DNA of 64,000 nucleotides from assembly GCA_000004695.1 (NCBI GenBank), contig CM000154.2, forward strand, positions 96,001 to 160,000, in the 5' to 3' direction. Under the pieces are notes generated by a model that did no database searches, was not told where the DNA came from, and saw only the letters and a program-made list of their open reading frames with translations. A program made the translations under genes and the position numbers. Shown here one piece after another: positions 23,651-36,028 of the stretch (its first letter is position 1; the number at the start of each line of letters is the position of its first letter). The stretch comes from Dictyostelium discoideum. Its lineage: Eukaryota.

Positions 23651-23706
23651 CTTTAACAAATACAGAACTTTTTGTTTTTTTTTCTTTTCAACTTTTTTTT
23701 TTTTTT

Positions 23707-23744
<38 letters not shown>

Positions 23745-24469
23745 AGAAAAAATACACACCAAAATATTTGGGAGTCAAAAAATTAAAAAAAATAATATCT
23801 TTCGAGAGAACCCTTGCGACGAAATAATTATGTTCATGGCACGCCTCGAGTTATTTGAAAGAACACTATTTTTTTTTATTTTTTTTATTTTATTTTTTCA
23901 TTTATTAAAATTGACATTCATATTGCCCTAAAAGTTTTCATTGATTTTTTGAAAAAAAAAAAAAAAAATAAAAATAAAAATAAAAAAAAATAAAATAAAA
24001 ACGTCCAATCAAGATTTTTTTTTTTTTATAATTAGCACAGCGGAAGCTCAATTTTTTTTTTTTTTTTTTTTTTTTAACTTTGTAACTTTTCAATTGACAC
24101 AAACCATATTAAAAATTATTTAATAGATAATTATTTATCTTTATATATATTTTTTTTATGTGTTTGATTTCAAATATACTCTTTAAAATTTAATTATTAT
24201 TAAATTTATTTATTTTTAGATTTTATTTCTTACGTTTTTGGAAAAGATAAAAATAAAAAAAAAAAATAAAAAAAAAAGATAAAAATAGATTCGGTAATTT
24301 TTTTTTTTTTTTGTGTGTGTGTAAAAAATAAATAAAATAAAAACTGTATAAAAAAAAAAAAATAAATAAATAAATAAATTAAAATAAATAAATAAATATA
24401 AAACATAAAATTAAATATAAAAAAAAAAAAAAAACCATAAAAATAAAAATTAAAAATAAATAAAATAAA

Positions 24470-27400
24470 ATGGAACCAAAAAAAGAGAAATCATTTAATG
24501 ATGTTATGTCCTATTGGGCAGTCAAAGATACAAAAGAAAAAGATTTAAATATAAGTAAAAGTGGAAATAAATTACCAAATATTTCGCCCTTACAACAACA
24601 AATAATTAATAAAGAAAATAATAATAATAATAAAAATAATAATGAAAATTTACCAGATGAAAATCAAATTGAACAAAAAGAAATTGAGCACCAAGTAGAA
24701 CAAATTGAAAAAGAAATTAAAGAAAACTTAGAAATTAAAGAGGAATTAGTAGGTGAGGAAAATATACAAGAAGAAAAACAATCAATTAAACCACAATCAC
24801 CAGAAATAAAAAGAGAATCATTAAATTTCTATAGTTCCACTGATATTCTTGAAAAAGAAAGAGAAATTCATGAAGCAGCAGAAACTGTTATTGAAACAGC
24901 TACAACTCCGTCAAGAACACCAGCAACCAACTATGATATATTCACATATAAAGCTCAAGAAGATGAAAAATTAGTAGTAGGTAGTGAACAGCCACCACAA
25001 AATGAAGAAGAAATGATATGTAGTAATCATTCTTTCTATAGAGCAACAAATTCAGATTCATCATCAACAGGTTATTCCGGTGTATATTCAGCTCAACAAG
25101 AGCAACAAAAACAACAACAACATAGACAACCACAACAAAAACAATCAACTCAAACTGATTCATATGGATCACCAATGTATTCTAGTGATTCATATAAAAG
25201 TAATGTTGATTCAAGTTCAACAGGTGGTTCATCTTCATATAATCCATATGGTATTGCACATTATAGTGGTAGTGATAATGGTAATGGATTCTATAGTAGT
25301 GAAAGTGGTGAGAGTTCAACAAGTGGTGGATCAAATTATTTACCAGGTGAAGAAGAAGATGAAGAATTCTTTGTTTCAACAAATGATAATATTCATAGAG
25401 TTAATGTATTACCAGTAGAAGCAACATCTGGTTGTTCTTGGACAAACTCTGGTGAAGAGAATAATTGGAATTCAACTTTTCAACATTTTATGGATTTACC
25501 ATGTTCTGAAGAAAAATATAAAAATTTATCAAATATTGCAAATGATTTCGTTTATTGTGCAGATTCATTTGGTAAAATTATTATTTCAGAACTTCATTTA
25601 CCAATTGATCAAAAAACAATTAAACCATTAGATTTGGGTGGTGTTGCTGGTGGTTATAAATATAAGTAAGTAAATAATATTTATTATTATCATTATTATT
25701 ATTATTATTATTTTTTTTTTTATATTTATTAATTTAATTTAAATTTTTTAGATGTCAAGATATTATATTTAAATTTGTAGTTGATACAGAATTAATACCA
25801 GGATTATGGATGTATGGTGAACATAAAAGAAGTGATGAAAGAGCCCAAAAATCAGCAGGACATGAAATTAAAGGTTTAAATCATTTTATGGAACTTTCAA
25901 CATTAATTAGATTCCCATTGATGGCAATTATTGATTATCGTGGTTATAGATTATTGGCAATTTCATCATTACCAATCAATAAGGGTACAATTGTTTATGG
26001 TTCATGTGATGGCGGTAAAACAGTTCATAAATCGGATCCAGCAGTAAATGAAGAGATGGAACGTATGGCAAAATTAATGAATCTAAGAGGTCATGTTGTT
26101 GGTGCAAATAAAGTATTCATCTATGGTCCAGGTGATATTGAAATTCATGCAGGTCTCGATGGTAGAAAGTATATGTTAGATTTTGCAAGAGTTTTCCCAC
26201 CAGAATTCCCAAAGATTCTAAGTACAAACAAAAGAATTGGTAGAGAAATTTTCTATTCAATGGTTAGACCTGAACTTTTATCAAAATCTGATCTTCCAAT
26301 TAGTTCTGATGCTTTCTCTGGTTGGCAAACTGATAATGCAGATATTGTTAAAGAATTAAATGATGATACTAAAAGATTATCAGAAAGATTACATTATGAA
26401 ATTATACCAGATTGTATTAAAATTATTGAAAGCTCAAAACAAAACAAAAAAGGTAACAACAACCATAACAACAATAATAATAATAATAGTAATAAAGATT
26501 TAACATCTTTAATTGGTACATCATCAAATTCAGCATTTTCAAGTAATAGTACAAGAACAGTTATTTCTCATAGTGGATCAGGTGAATTTTCAACTTATTC
26601 ACCATCAGTTTTAACCTCTGATGAATTGGAAGAAGTTTCATTAAATTTTGTAAATGTTGGTGGTAAAATTAAAAAGACAGAAAAAGATTTCTCTGAAAAA
26701 TCATTGGAAGTTTTAAAAATGATAGATTTCTTACATTCTCGTGGTGTAAATCTTCGTTATCTTGGTATCATTAGTAAGAGTGTTAGTGATAGAGAAATTA
26801 AAAATCTTCTCCTTACTGAAGTGGTCGCAAGAGTTTGGAAAAAGATTATTAGATCTAGAATTAGAGAGAAAATGGATTCAAGTAAACGTCCATCCGAAGG
26901 TCCATATAAACATATTATGTCTGATGTTTTCGAAGTTATTCTCACAACTAATAAAGCAAAACATCGTGAATTTTGGACTGAAACTTCTAAAGGTACATTC
27001 AAATATGTAGCCCAACGTGTTTTCCCAAAATGTTTATCAAAAACTGATCGTCAAAGTTCAGTTGATATTCGTTCAATCATTGATACTCGTTTCTTAGCCT
27101 ATAGAATCATTCAAATGATGAATATTAGAATTAATAATACAGCATTTGGTCAATTCTTATCCAATCCAAAATATGTAATCTCCTATAAAGATATCGAAGA
27201 GGTTGGTTCAGTTGTCAAGCATCCAAATATCATCGATTTCTCTGCTGGTTCTTTCCTTTTCTATGAATCTCAAAGAATTATCAATGAAACCGATCATTCA
27301 GAAGGTACAACACCAGTTGAAATCAATCGTTGGATTGAAAATTCTCAAATTAAACTTAGAGCTGCTGCACGTTCAATGCCATTATCATTTAAAGTATTGT

Positions 27401-29232
27401 ATAGATCATCAATGACCAATATTTTATTAGCAAATATTTCAACCAATTTCAAAGAATCCATTGAAATTTGCAAGACAACATTGGATAGTATTCGTCGTAC
27501 TCGTTCAAAACATAAAGGTATACCAGTACTATTGGCATTGGAAGGTATTATTCGTTTAAAACTTGGTAATTATTATTTATTCTGTTCTCATAGTTATCCA
27601 GATTTTAAGAGAGAAATTGATCAAGCACGTGAAAAACTCGAAGAAGCACTATCGGTCGATCCAAATGCGATGAATGATTTCATAGCACAATCAATACCAC
27701 TCGAAAGATTAACATTTAAAACCGAAGTTAGAGATAAAGCATTATCGTTTAGTGAGCGTCGTAGAAACAATGAATTATTCTCAATGGTATTAATGATGAA
27801 TGACAGTAGTGAACAATCAATCCTTCGTACTATCTTACCAAATTATTTCAAAAGAATCATTCAAATTAAAGATTTCTCAATTCCAATTGCATTGAGTCGT
27901 ATTTTAGGTTCAAATGAAATCAATCTACTCACAAGTCAATTACCAAATTTACATTGTTTCAATGTTAATAATATTACCTTTACACCAGAGATTGGTAAAA
28001 ACATTTTGGTGATGAAAGATTTAAAGAATTTGAAATTGGAGAAAACTTTCTTTAGTAATTCAAAATCAACTTCAACTGAAATCACAAGCTTAAATCATTT
28101 CATTAAATTGTTATTAACTGAATCAAAAGCATTGGTCTCCTTACAATTGAATTCACGTGCTATTGATGATGATGTATTCGAGGGTAATTATCATTTGTTT
28201 TCAAATTTATTAAAGTTAACATTGGTAGATACCTACATTACCGATAAAACTTTAATTGGCTTAGCTCCATATTTGGGTAAATTAGTATCACTCTCTTTAA
28301 CTGCAAGTCGTGATTATAAAGATGAGGGTTTAATTTCAGTGTTAGAGTCTGCTCAAAAATTAAAAAGCCTTTGTGTTTCTTATAATTCTAATATCACTGA
28401 TAAATCTGCACAAGTTATTTCAAAATATTCCTCTGAACTTACTGAACTTTATTTGAGTCGTTCTAAAATTTCAGCTGCTATGATTGCTGAAATCGTATCA
28501 AAAACTCCAAAAATTCGTATTCTCGATTTATCAAGTTCTTTTGCCGATGTTTCTATGGTCTATAGTTTAAATCATCATGGTTCTAAACATTTGGAACAAC
28601 TTTACCTCTCAAACACTGAAAAGATTGGTGATGATTATTTGGATTTACTCTTAAATTTAAGTTCAACTTCAACATTAAAAACTATTCATATGGCTGAAAC
28701 TGATGCATCTGATGAATTGGTTTGGAAACTCTTTAGTAAGATGGAAAATATTCAAGAGTTAAAACTTCCTGCTCATTTCCATTTACCATCATTCATGGAA
28801 TGGTTCGATGAAAACACCAACGTTAATAGCGATGATATGATGATGATCAATTCAGTTTCGGATCAACCACTTTATAATCTTAAAACTCTTGATTTAACAA
28901 TGGCAGTTGTTTCATTACAAAGTATTCAACAAATTTTCCAACTTTGTCCTCAACTTGAAAATTTCACTTTCTCAGCCGTTACCTTTGTTAATGATCAATC
29001 CATAGTTATTGATTGGTGTGCCGATGAATTACTCTTATTCTCATTCTTTGGTCTCTTTTCAAATTTAAGAGAAATTAATTTATCAAATTCAAATATTGAA
29101 CCTCGTAATATTAGAACTTTAATTTGTAAATGTCCTTCTCTTAGAATTATTCATTTATGGAATTGTAAAAATATTTCATCTCAACAAATTTATGATTTAT
29201 CAGTTCAATATCCTTATATTCATTTCGATTAA
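24470..29232 (+). CDS. CLU (clustered-mitochondria) domain protein with C-terminal leucine-rich repeats; 2 exons 24470-25665 and 25752-29232
   Basis: Exon 1 ends ...GGYKYK/ at a GTAAGT donor (phase 2). The 86-nt intron ends ttttag. Exon 2 begins (K)CQDIIFKFVVDTELIPGLWMYGEHKRSDERAQKSAGHEIKGL..., in frame with track ORF 25810. The CLU-domain signature is IDYRGYRLLAISSLPINKGTIVYGSCDGGKTVHKSD...IYGPGDIEIHAGLDGRKYMLDFARVFPPE (compare CLUH GNDGRHYILDLLRTFPPD). The N-terminus is a low-complexity Q/N/S region. The C-terminus holds LRRs (LDLSSSFADVSMVYSLNHHGSKHLEQLYLSNTEKIGDDYLDLL...). Confidence 0.75.
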
Positions 29233-29237
29233 ATATT

Positions 29238-29278
<41 letters not shown>

Positions 29279-29369
29279 AAATAATTTATGTATTTATAAA
29301 AAATAATTAATTTATTTTATATTACTTTTTTATTAATGTTTTAATTTTATAATTTTTAATTTTTATTAA

Positions 29370-31208
29370 TTAAATTGTTACAACAGTATTATTATTTGTA
29401 TTATTTGTATTATTTGTATTATTTGTATTATTTGAAGATTTAATTGCAGGTGAAGGGAAACAAATTACAGGAGATAATAACATAAATTGTTCAGCTTGTT
29501 GTTTATATGGACAAGTTTCACAATTACAATCTTCACAATGATCATTATTATCTAATGATTTTACTTGAGAGGATTCATCAAAAGTAAAAGATTCTAATAG
29601 ATCAACCAATATATTTTTTTCATCATTATCTAAACTACTTATGAATTTTGAAAGTTCAAAAGATTTCTTTCCATAATGTTCTTTATAAACTTTAATTACT
29701 CTATTAAAGCATTCTAAAAATCTTTCAGCAGTATTTTTATTATCTCCATATCCTGATGATCCAGATGGTTTTTTATGTTTTTTAATTATACCACTTTGAG
29801 ATGGAATACCACCACTGCCGCCACCACCACTAATTGAAAATGGTGAAGAAGGTGGTGAAGTTGAAAATGCACATGATATTAATTCAGGTTCAGAATATTC
29901 AGAAAATGAATATTCAGATTCGGGTATACCTCTTTCTTTTAACATATTTGATAACAATGCAGATTGTGTTAAATGTAAGTTTTCTAAAGATGATAAACGG
30001 TCGGTAAGGATATCGATAAAGGTTTGTTTCTTTTCACAAACACCATTTGGATCCTTTTTAATATGATCAACTTTTGAAACAACACGAATTGGAAATGATA
30101 AAATTGAATTACCACCATTAATACATCCCATTGTTGATCCTGGTGTAGATGAATTGGATGTTGAAGAAGTGGTAGTAGTTGATGATGTTGAAGAAGAGGT
30201 AGTAGAAGTTGCTGATGATGAAGTTGATGTTGAAGAGGTAGTTGGGACAATTGCCTCTTTACCATCTTTTGTTATTGATTTTTGATTTTCTGGTGAAACA
30301 TGTACCATTATATAGAATAAATTACCTTGATGCTGACTACTAAGTATTGAAATTTTAATATCTATTGCAAATTGTTCACCATTTTTACAACTACTTCCAA
30401 CATAGGTTATTGGTGGATTTTGAATGAAACTAACCTCTTTTAATGGTTCATTAACATAATATAAACCGGCTTTAACACAAGAAGAACTAAAATTAATTTT
30501 ATTTAAATCTAATGAACGAATTTTTAAAACGAATGACGTATTCTTTACAACTATATGAACATTTGAATTTCTATTATTTATTATAACATTTTCAACTGAA
30601 ATTGATTCTTGTTCAATTACTTCTAAATATGGTGAATTAATTGTTGCTGATGAATAAGTTGGTGTTGGTGCTGAATTATTACCACCTTTAGTTTTTGGAC
30701 TTATTGTATTTGTATTGTTATTGTTGTTGTTGTTGTTGTTAATATTATTTGGTGTAGTTGATAATGATGATTTTTTAATTATTGGTGATGGTGGTTGTAA
30801 TTGTGAATTTGGTTGATATTGTTGTAATGGAGTATTAACACTTGATAATTGTAATGGAGTCGATATAATTGGTGTTACCATTCCAGAGGTTGGTTTATTA
30901 CCATTGCTTGGTGTTGTTTTTGATTTTTTAGAATTTGATGTTGGGGCTGTAGTAGTAGAAGTGGTAGTGGTAGTAGTTGTGGTGGTTGAAGAGGTTGAAT
31001 TTGGTGTTGATTGTGTAGAAATTGGAATTTGTTGATGTTGTGGTGGTGGAGGTGGTGCAAGTTGTGGTTGTTGTGGTACCAATTGTTGTTGTTGCATTAA
31101 ACCAAAATTATGATTAACACTATTCATATTTGTTAAATTGGTTAAATTTGTAAAATTATTCATTTGCTGTTGTTGTGTTAAATATTGTTGTTGTTCATAA
31201 CTCATCAT
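29370..31208 (-). CDS. Gln/Ser/Thr-rich low-complexity protein with a C-terminal Cys cluster (CEDCNCETCPYKQ); unknown function
   Basis: The single 612-aa ORF uses typical codons. It has poly-Q, poly-T and poly-N tracts and a structured central region (VIINNRNSNVHIVVKNTSFVLKIRSLDLNKINFSSSCVKAGLYYVNEPLKEVSFIQNPPITYVGSSCKNGEQFAIDIKI). Confidence 0.55.
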   Translation of the reverse strand: MMSYEQQQYLTQQQQMNNFTNLTNLTNMNSVNHNFGLMQQQQLVPQQPQLAPPPPPQHQQIPISTQSTPNSTSSTTTTTTTTTSTTTAPTSNSKKSKTTPSNGNKPTSGMVTPIISTPLQLSSVNTPLQQYQPNSQLQPPSPIIKKSSLSTTPNNINNNNNNNNNTNTISPKTKGGNNSAPTPTYSSATINSPYLEVIEQESISVENVIINNRNSNVHIVVKNTSFVLKIRSLDLNKINFSSSCVKAGLYYVNEPLKEVSFIQNPPITYVGSSCKNGEQFAIDIKISILSSQHQGNLFYIMVHVSPENQKSITKDGKEAIVPTTSSTSTSSSATSTTSSSTSSTTTTSSTSNSSTPGSTMGCINGGNSILSFPIRVVSKVDHIKKDPNGVCEKKQTFIDILTDRLSSLENLHLTQSALLSNMLKERGIPESEYSFSEYSEPELISCAFSTSPPSSPFSISGGGGSGGIPSQSGIIKKHKKPSGSSGYGDNKNTAERFLECFNRVIKVYKEHYGKKSFELSKFISSLDNDEKNILVDLLESFTFDESSQVKSLDNNDHCEDCNCETCPYKQQAEQFMLLSPVICFPSPAIKSSNNTNNTNNTNNTNNNTVVTI

Positions 31209-33876
31209 TTTTTTTAGATATATTTATTTAATTATTTAATTATTATTAATTTTTTAATATAAGCGAATGAATGAATGAGGAATGTGGTTTGGGTGTGAAT
31301 TTTTGTGTGTGTGTGTGTGTGTGTGTTTTTGTGTGTGTGTTTGTGTTTAAAAATAAATAAATAAATAAATAAAATAATTATTTTAAAGATTTAAAAATAA
31401 ATTTATTTTTGGTTTAAGATTTAATTATGATGAATTAAATTTAAAAAAACAAATTAAAATTAAAAAAAATATATATAAAGTGTTTTGAAATAAAATAAAA
31501 TAAAAAAAATAAAAAAATTTAAAATTATTTAAATTAAATAAAGGTTTCTGATTTGATTGTTTTTTTTATTATTATTATTATAATTTATTGTTTTTTATTT
31601 TTTATTTTTTTTATTTTTGGTATATTGTTTATTTGTTGTTAAAAATCACACAGGTGCGCTTCTCCTCCTCAAAGGATTGATTACTATTATCGATATCAAT
31701 ATTTATTTATTACACGATACGAAAAATAAAAGTCTTTTTGATTATTTTTTATTTTTTTTATTATTTATTTTTTTATTTTTTTATTGATAAATTGTAAATA
31801 GTGTAGTTCCTACAAAGAAATAATTACTACTATTTAAAGTCACTAGATTAGATGATATGTGATAGTGGTACGACACTTTAATGTAAATAAAAATAATGGA
31901 ATAATAAAAAATTAATAAATAATTTGGAAATCATGAATATATTTAATAAAATTACATAAAATATTCCAAAAATAATTAATAATTTATTTAAATTATTTTA
32001 ATTTTTTTTTTTTTTTTTTAGTGGTCAGTTTTGTTTTATTTTATTGTTTGTTGTTTTTGGTGGTGGTTGGGTGTGTTGGTTTTCATTCCCCCACTCCCAT
32101 TTAAACCCACCCTGCTATAAATTCTTTCCCCTAAAAAAAAAAAAAAAAAATTAAAATAAAAAAAAAAAAACCAATTAACTATCCCATTATTTTTGTGTGT
32201 TTGTGTTATTTGAATTTCCAAAAAAAAAAAAAAAAAAAAACTAGCATTTTTTTTTTTTTTTTTTATATATCTATTTACATACTAACAGTATTGAAAAAAA
32301 AAAATTTATTATTTAAACTACAAATAAAATTTTTATATACTAATAAAAACAAAAAAAAAAAAAAAATAAAAAAAAAACAATAATGATAAAAATAGTAACC
32401 CCTACCATTTTATTCAAAATAAATTAAATGCTCCAATGCATTCAAAAAAATTTTATCTTGCCAAACAATACAAATGGGGTGAAAAAATACTCTATTTAAT
32501 TGAAAGATTTCCAAAACAACCGATACTAAAACACTCATACTATTAATTTGAAAGCAATTAAAAAAAAAAAAAAAAAAAAAAAGAGTGAGCCACACATAGA
32601 ACTGCAAATATCTGACAAAAAAAAAAAAAAAAAGAATGTGCATCATAACAACAATAAATAGATTTATTCATAGAGACCATTCCAATTTCAAAAGTTAACC
32701 TTCCTTATTCATAATATGATGTGTTGGTGTACGAATTATAAACGCTATAAAAACGCATGTATAACCGTATAAAAACAAACATACATTTATATACCAATTA
32801 TATTATTTCATTCATATATATAAATAAGAGAGGAACTGTTAAGAAAAAAAAAAAAAAAAAAAAATTAAAAAAAAAAAAAAAAATGAATTGAAAAAAAAAG
32901 ATTAAATTTATTTTTAAATATTGGTATATTTTTTTTAAAAAATAACAATTATTATAATAATAATATAAATATGCTTTGAAATATAAATAAATAAAATTTT
33001 ATTGCAATTTACAAAAAAAAAATAAAAAATAAAAAAAAATAAAAAATAAAAAAAAATAAAAAAAATAAAAAATAAAAAATAAAAAATAAATACCACAAAC
33101 TTTAATAATGAGAGTAATAATTATTACAATAATTATTATTTTAAGATTGAAAAACTATGAGTTGAGCGAAAATATTTGAAAGCTCGTTTTTGGAAAAAGC
33201 AAAAGAAAAAAAAATAAAAAAAAAAATAACGGTTTTGGCCAAAACCACGAAAAAAAAAAAAAAAAAAAAAATTTAACCTATTCATCATTTTAAAACATAA
33301 ACTTTAAAAACCATCAAAAAAAATATTTCAAACACAAATATAAATTCATCTAACCAATTATTTTGATCTATTTTTAATTTTTTAAACAAATTAAACAATT
33401 TTTTTATTTATTTATTTATATTTTCTAAACTACCCCCCCCCCCCCCACACACCACACACCTCAAAAGTAAACTCATTTCAATAAATAATATCAAAAAAAA
33501 AAAAAAAAAAAAAAACAAAAACAACAATAATAATAATAATAATAAATTCACATGCTATGGGATATAAAAAAAAACAATTACTTTACAAATTTATAAATTT
33601 TCCAACCCCTTAACAAACAAATAATTAATTTGTAAAAAAAAGAATATAGAAATAATTAATAATATTTTTAATTTTCATTATAATAATTAAAATAATAATA
33701 ACAATAAATAAAAGTATTATCAATTGATAATATTAGGCGCACTCTTATTATACATTTTCACAGTACGATATTACACTAGGTATAGATAGAGATAATCATA
33801 TATTCATTCGATCTCTTAATATATATTTTCAAAATAACATAAAATAAAAATAAAAATAAAAATAAAAATAAAAATA

Positions 33877-34923
33877 ATGAAATCAATAATATCAAATATA
33901 AATAATATAGATAATAATCATTTAGCAGGAGGTGCATTAGCATTATGGTTTATATTAAATATTAGTACATTAATATTAAATAAATATATTTATTCATCAT
34001 TGTATTTCTATTATCCTATAACATTGACGGCGATACATATGTTTGTATGTTGGATTGGAAGTGTGGCAGTATTGCGAGTATATAAATTGATACCATTGAT
34101 AACGGTACAATGGAGTGGTAAACAATTTATAAATATAATGATTCTATCGATTTTATTTTGTTCAAATATTGTATTTGGAAATGTTTCATTACGTTGGGTT
34201 CCAGTATCGTTTATGCAAACTGTAAAGAGTTCAGTACCATTGTTTACTGTTATCTTGACTACATTATTCTTTAGTAATATTGGTGGAAAGAAAACAACAT
34301 TCACTCGTGGCACTTATTTATCGATGATTCCAATCGTTGGTGGTGTTTGCGTTGCCTCGCTATCAGAGGTGAATTTCAATCAAGCAGGTTTCATCGCTGC
34401 TTTAGCCTCAAGTATTTTATCAGCTGTTTTTGCAATCGTTTCAGGTTTGATTCTAACTCAACAAATGAATGCCGTCAATTTACTCTATTATATGTCCCCA
34501 ATATCTTGTTGTCTCCTCTTCCCTTTGAGCGCTTTCATGGAATGGAATGCTATCGCAAATGAATGGCCACTCTATGGCGAGAGTAAACCAATCGTCATTC
34601 TATTACTATCGGGTTTAATTGCTTTCCTTTTAAATACTTTCACCTTTTTAGTCATTAAATTAACTTCACCTTTAACCTACACCGTATCTGGTAATCTTAA
34701 AGTGGTCCTAAGTATTTCAATCTCAATTTTAGTCTTTAAAAATGAAACAAACTTTTTCAATGTTTTAGGTTGTGCCATAGCTATCATGGGTGTAGTTTGT
34801 TATAGTAACATTAAATATGAAGAATCAAAAGCAAAATTAGAACAACAACAACAACAATCTTTAAAACAATTAGAATCAATTTATGAAGAGAAATTAGATA
34901 AAGAATCTTTATTATCTAAATAA
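33877..34923 (+). CDS. SLC35 / TPT-family (drug-metabolite transporter superfamily) nucleotide-sugar or triose-phosphate-type transporter
   Basis: The 348-aa product has about 10 predicted TM helices. Duplicated EamA-like halves and TPT-like motifs are present (LTAIHMFVCWIGSV...KSSVPLFTVILT...SPLTYTVSGNLKVVLSISISILVF). Confidence 0.75.
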   Translation: MKSIISNINNIDNNHLAGGALALWFILNISTLILNKYIYSSLYFYYPITLTAIHMFVCWIGSVAVLRVYKLIPLITVQWSGKQFINIMILSILFCSNIVFGNVSLRWVPVSFMQTVKSSVPLFTVILTTLFFSNIGGKKTTFTRGTYLSMIPIVGGVCVASLSEVNFNQAGFIAALASSILSAVFAIVSGLILTQQMNAVNLLYYMSPISCCLLFPLSAFMEWNAIANEWPLYGESKPIVILLLSGLIAFLLNTFTFLVIKLTSPLTYTVSGNLKVVLSISISILVFKNETNFFNVLGCAIAIMGVVCYSNIKYEESKAKLEQQQQQSLKQLESIYEEKLDKESLLSK

Positions 34924-34950
34924 ATAAATAAAATTAAAAATAAAAGATTG

Positions 34951-34989
<39 letters not shown>

Positions 34990-35269
34990 ATTTTTTTATT
35001 TACTAAATATTGAAGGGATTTGCATTAAGCTTTTATTTTGATTTTAAAATTGGAATAATATTATTATTATATATAAACAAAAAGCAAAAAATAAAATAAA
35101 GATCTTTTTTTTTTTTTTTTTATAAGATAGTCCAAACCAATTTATTGGTAATACAGGTGTTGTTGGTTTTAACCCCATCCATGAAGTTAAATTTTCATTT
35201 TATTTTTTTATTTTTTTTTGAAAATACATTATATTGTTATATTCTTTATCATTTAGGAGATTTTGAATT

Positions 35270-35945
35270 TTAATTTATATTATTTGTCATTTTTAAAATT
35301 TCATCAATTATTAAATTTGTATTAAAAGATTGATAATGAATTAAAGTTGGATCTATGTTGAATTGAGTTGTTTTTTTAATTTGATCTTTTTCAATAGGTG
35401 AAAACTCGACTATAATTGTTTTTTGTTTACCAAAGTGACTAATTAAATAACCCATTTCAAGTAATAAACTTAAATTTGGTTGTACCATTTCTTGATAGGC
35501 CTCAAAAAAATTATTAGTCTTTTTAAAAAATCTATTTTCATATGTAATTAAAATAATGCAAAAATCACATTTCTTAACTTCTTTTTCAATGGTATCTATT
35601 GATTTAGTAAATTCGCTATTATCATTTTGTGGTACTATTATCATATCGATTTTTAATTTAATTAACATTTCTTTTATAAAATTATTTGATTTTTCATTAT
35701 CACTATGTGCAATATACGCTCTTGCATTTCTCTTTGTAGTAATAATTGAATTTGTTGTATTAATAGTATTTGTAGTTGTGGTTGTTTTCTTTAATTGATT
35801 AAAGTTTGGTGGTATATATAAATTACTATTTCTAAATTCTAAATCTAAATCAACAACCTTATTATTATTTTTATTAAAATGGTATATGATTGGTTGATCT
35901 AAATCTGGATCTCTCCTCTTCTAAATTTGTAATATTATAATTATA

Positions 35946-36028
<83 letters not shown>

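Noticed and set aside
23800-23870. Short G+C-richer island (ttcgagagaacccttgcgacgaaataattatgttcatggcacgcctcgag), considered as a tRNA/snRNA/snoRNA gene
   Set aside because: No tRNA cloverleaf or B-box (GGTTCGAATCC-like), no C/D or H/ACA boxes, and no class-I RNA motif could be found. It is probably ordinary promoter or UTR sequence.
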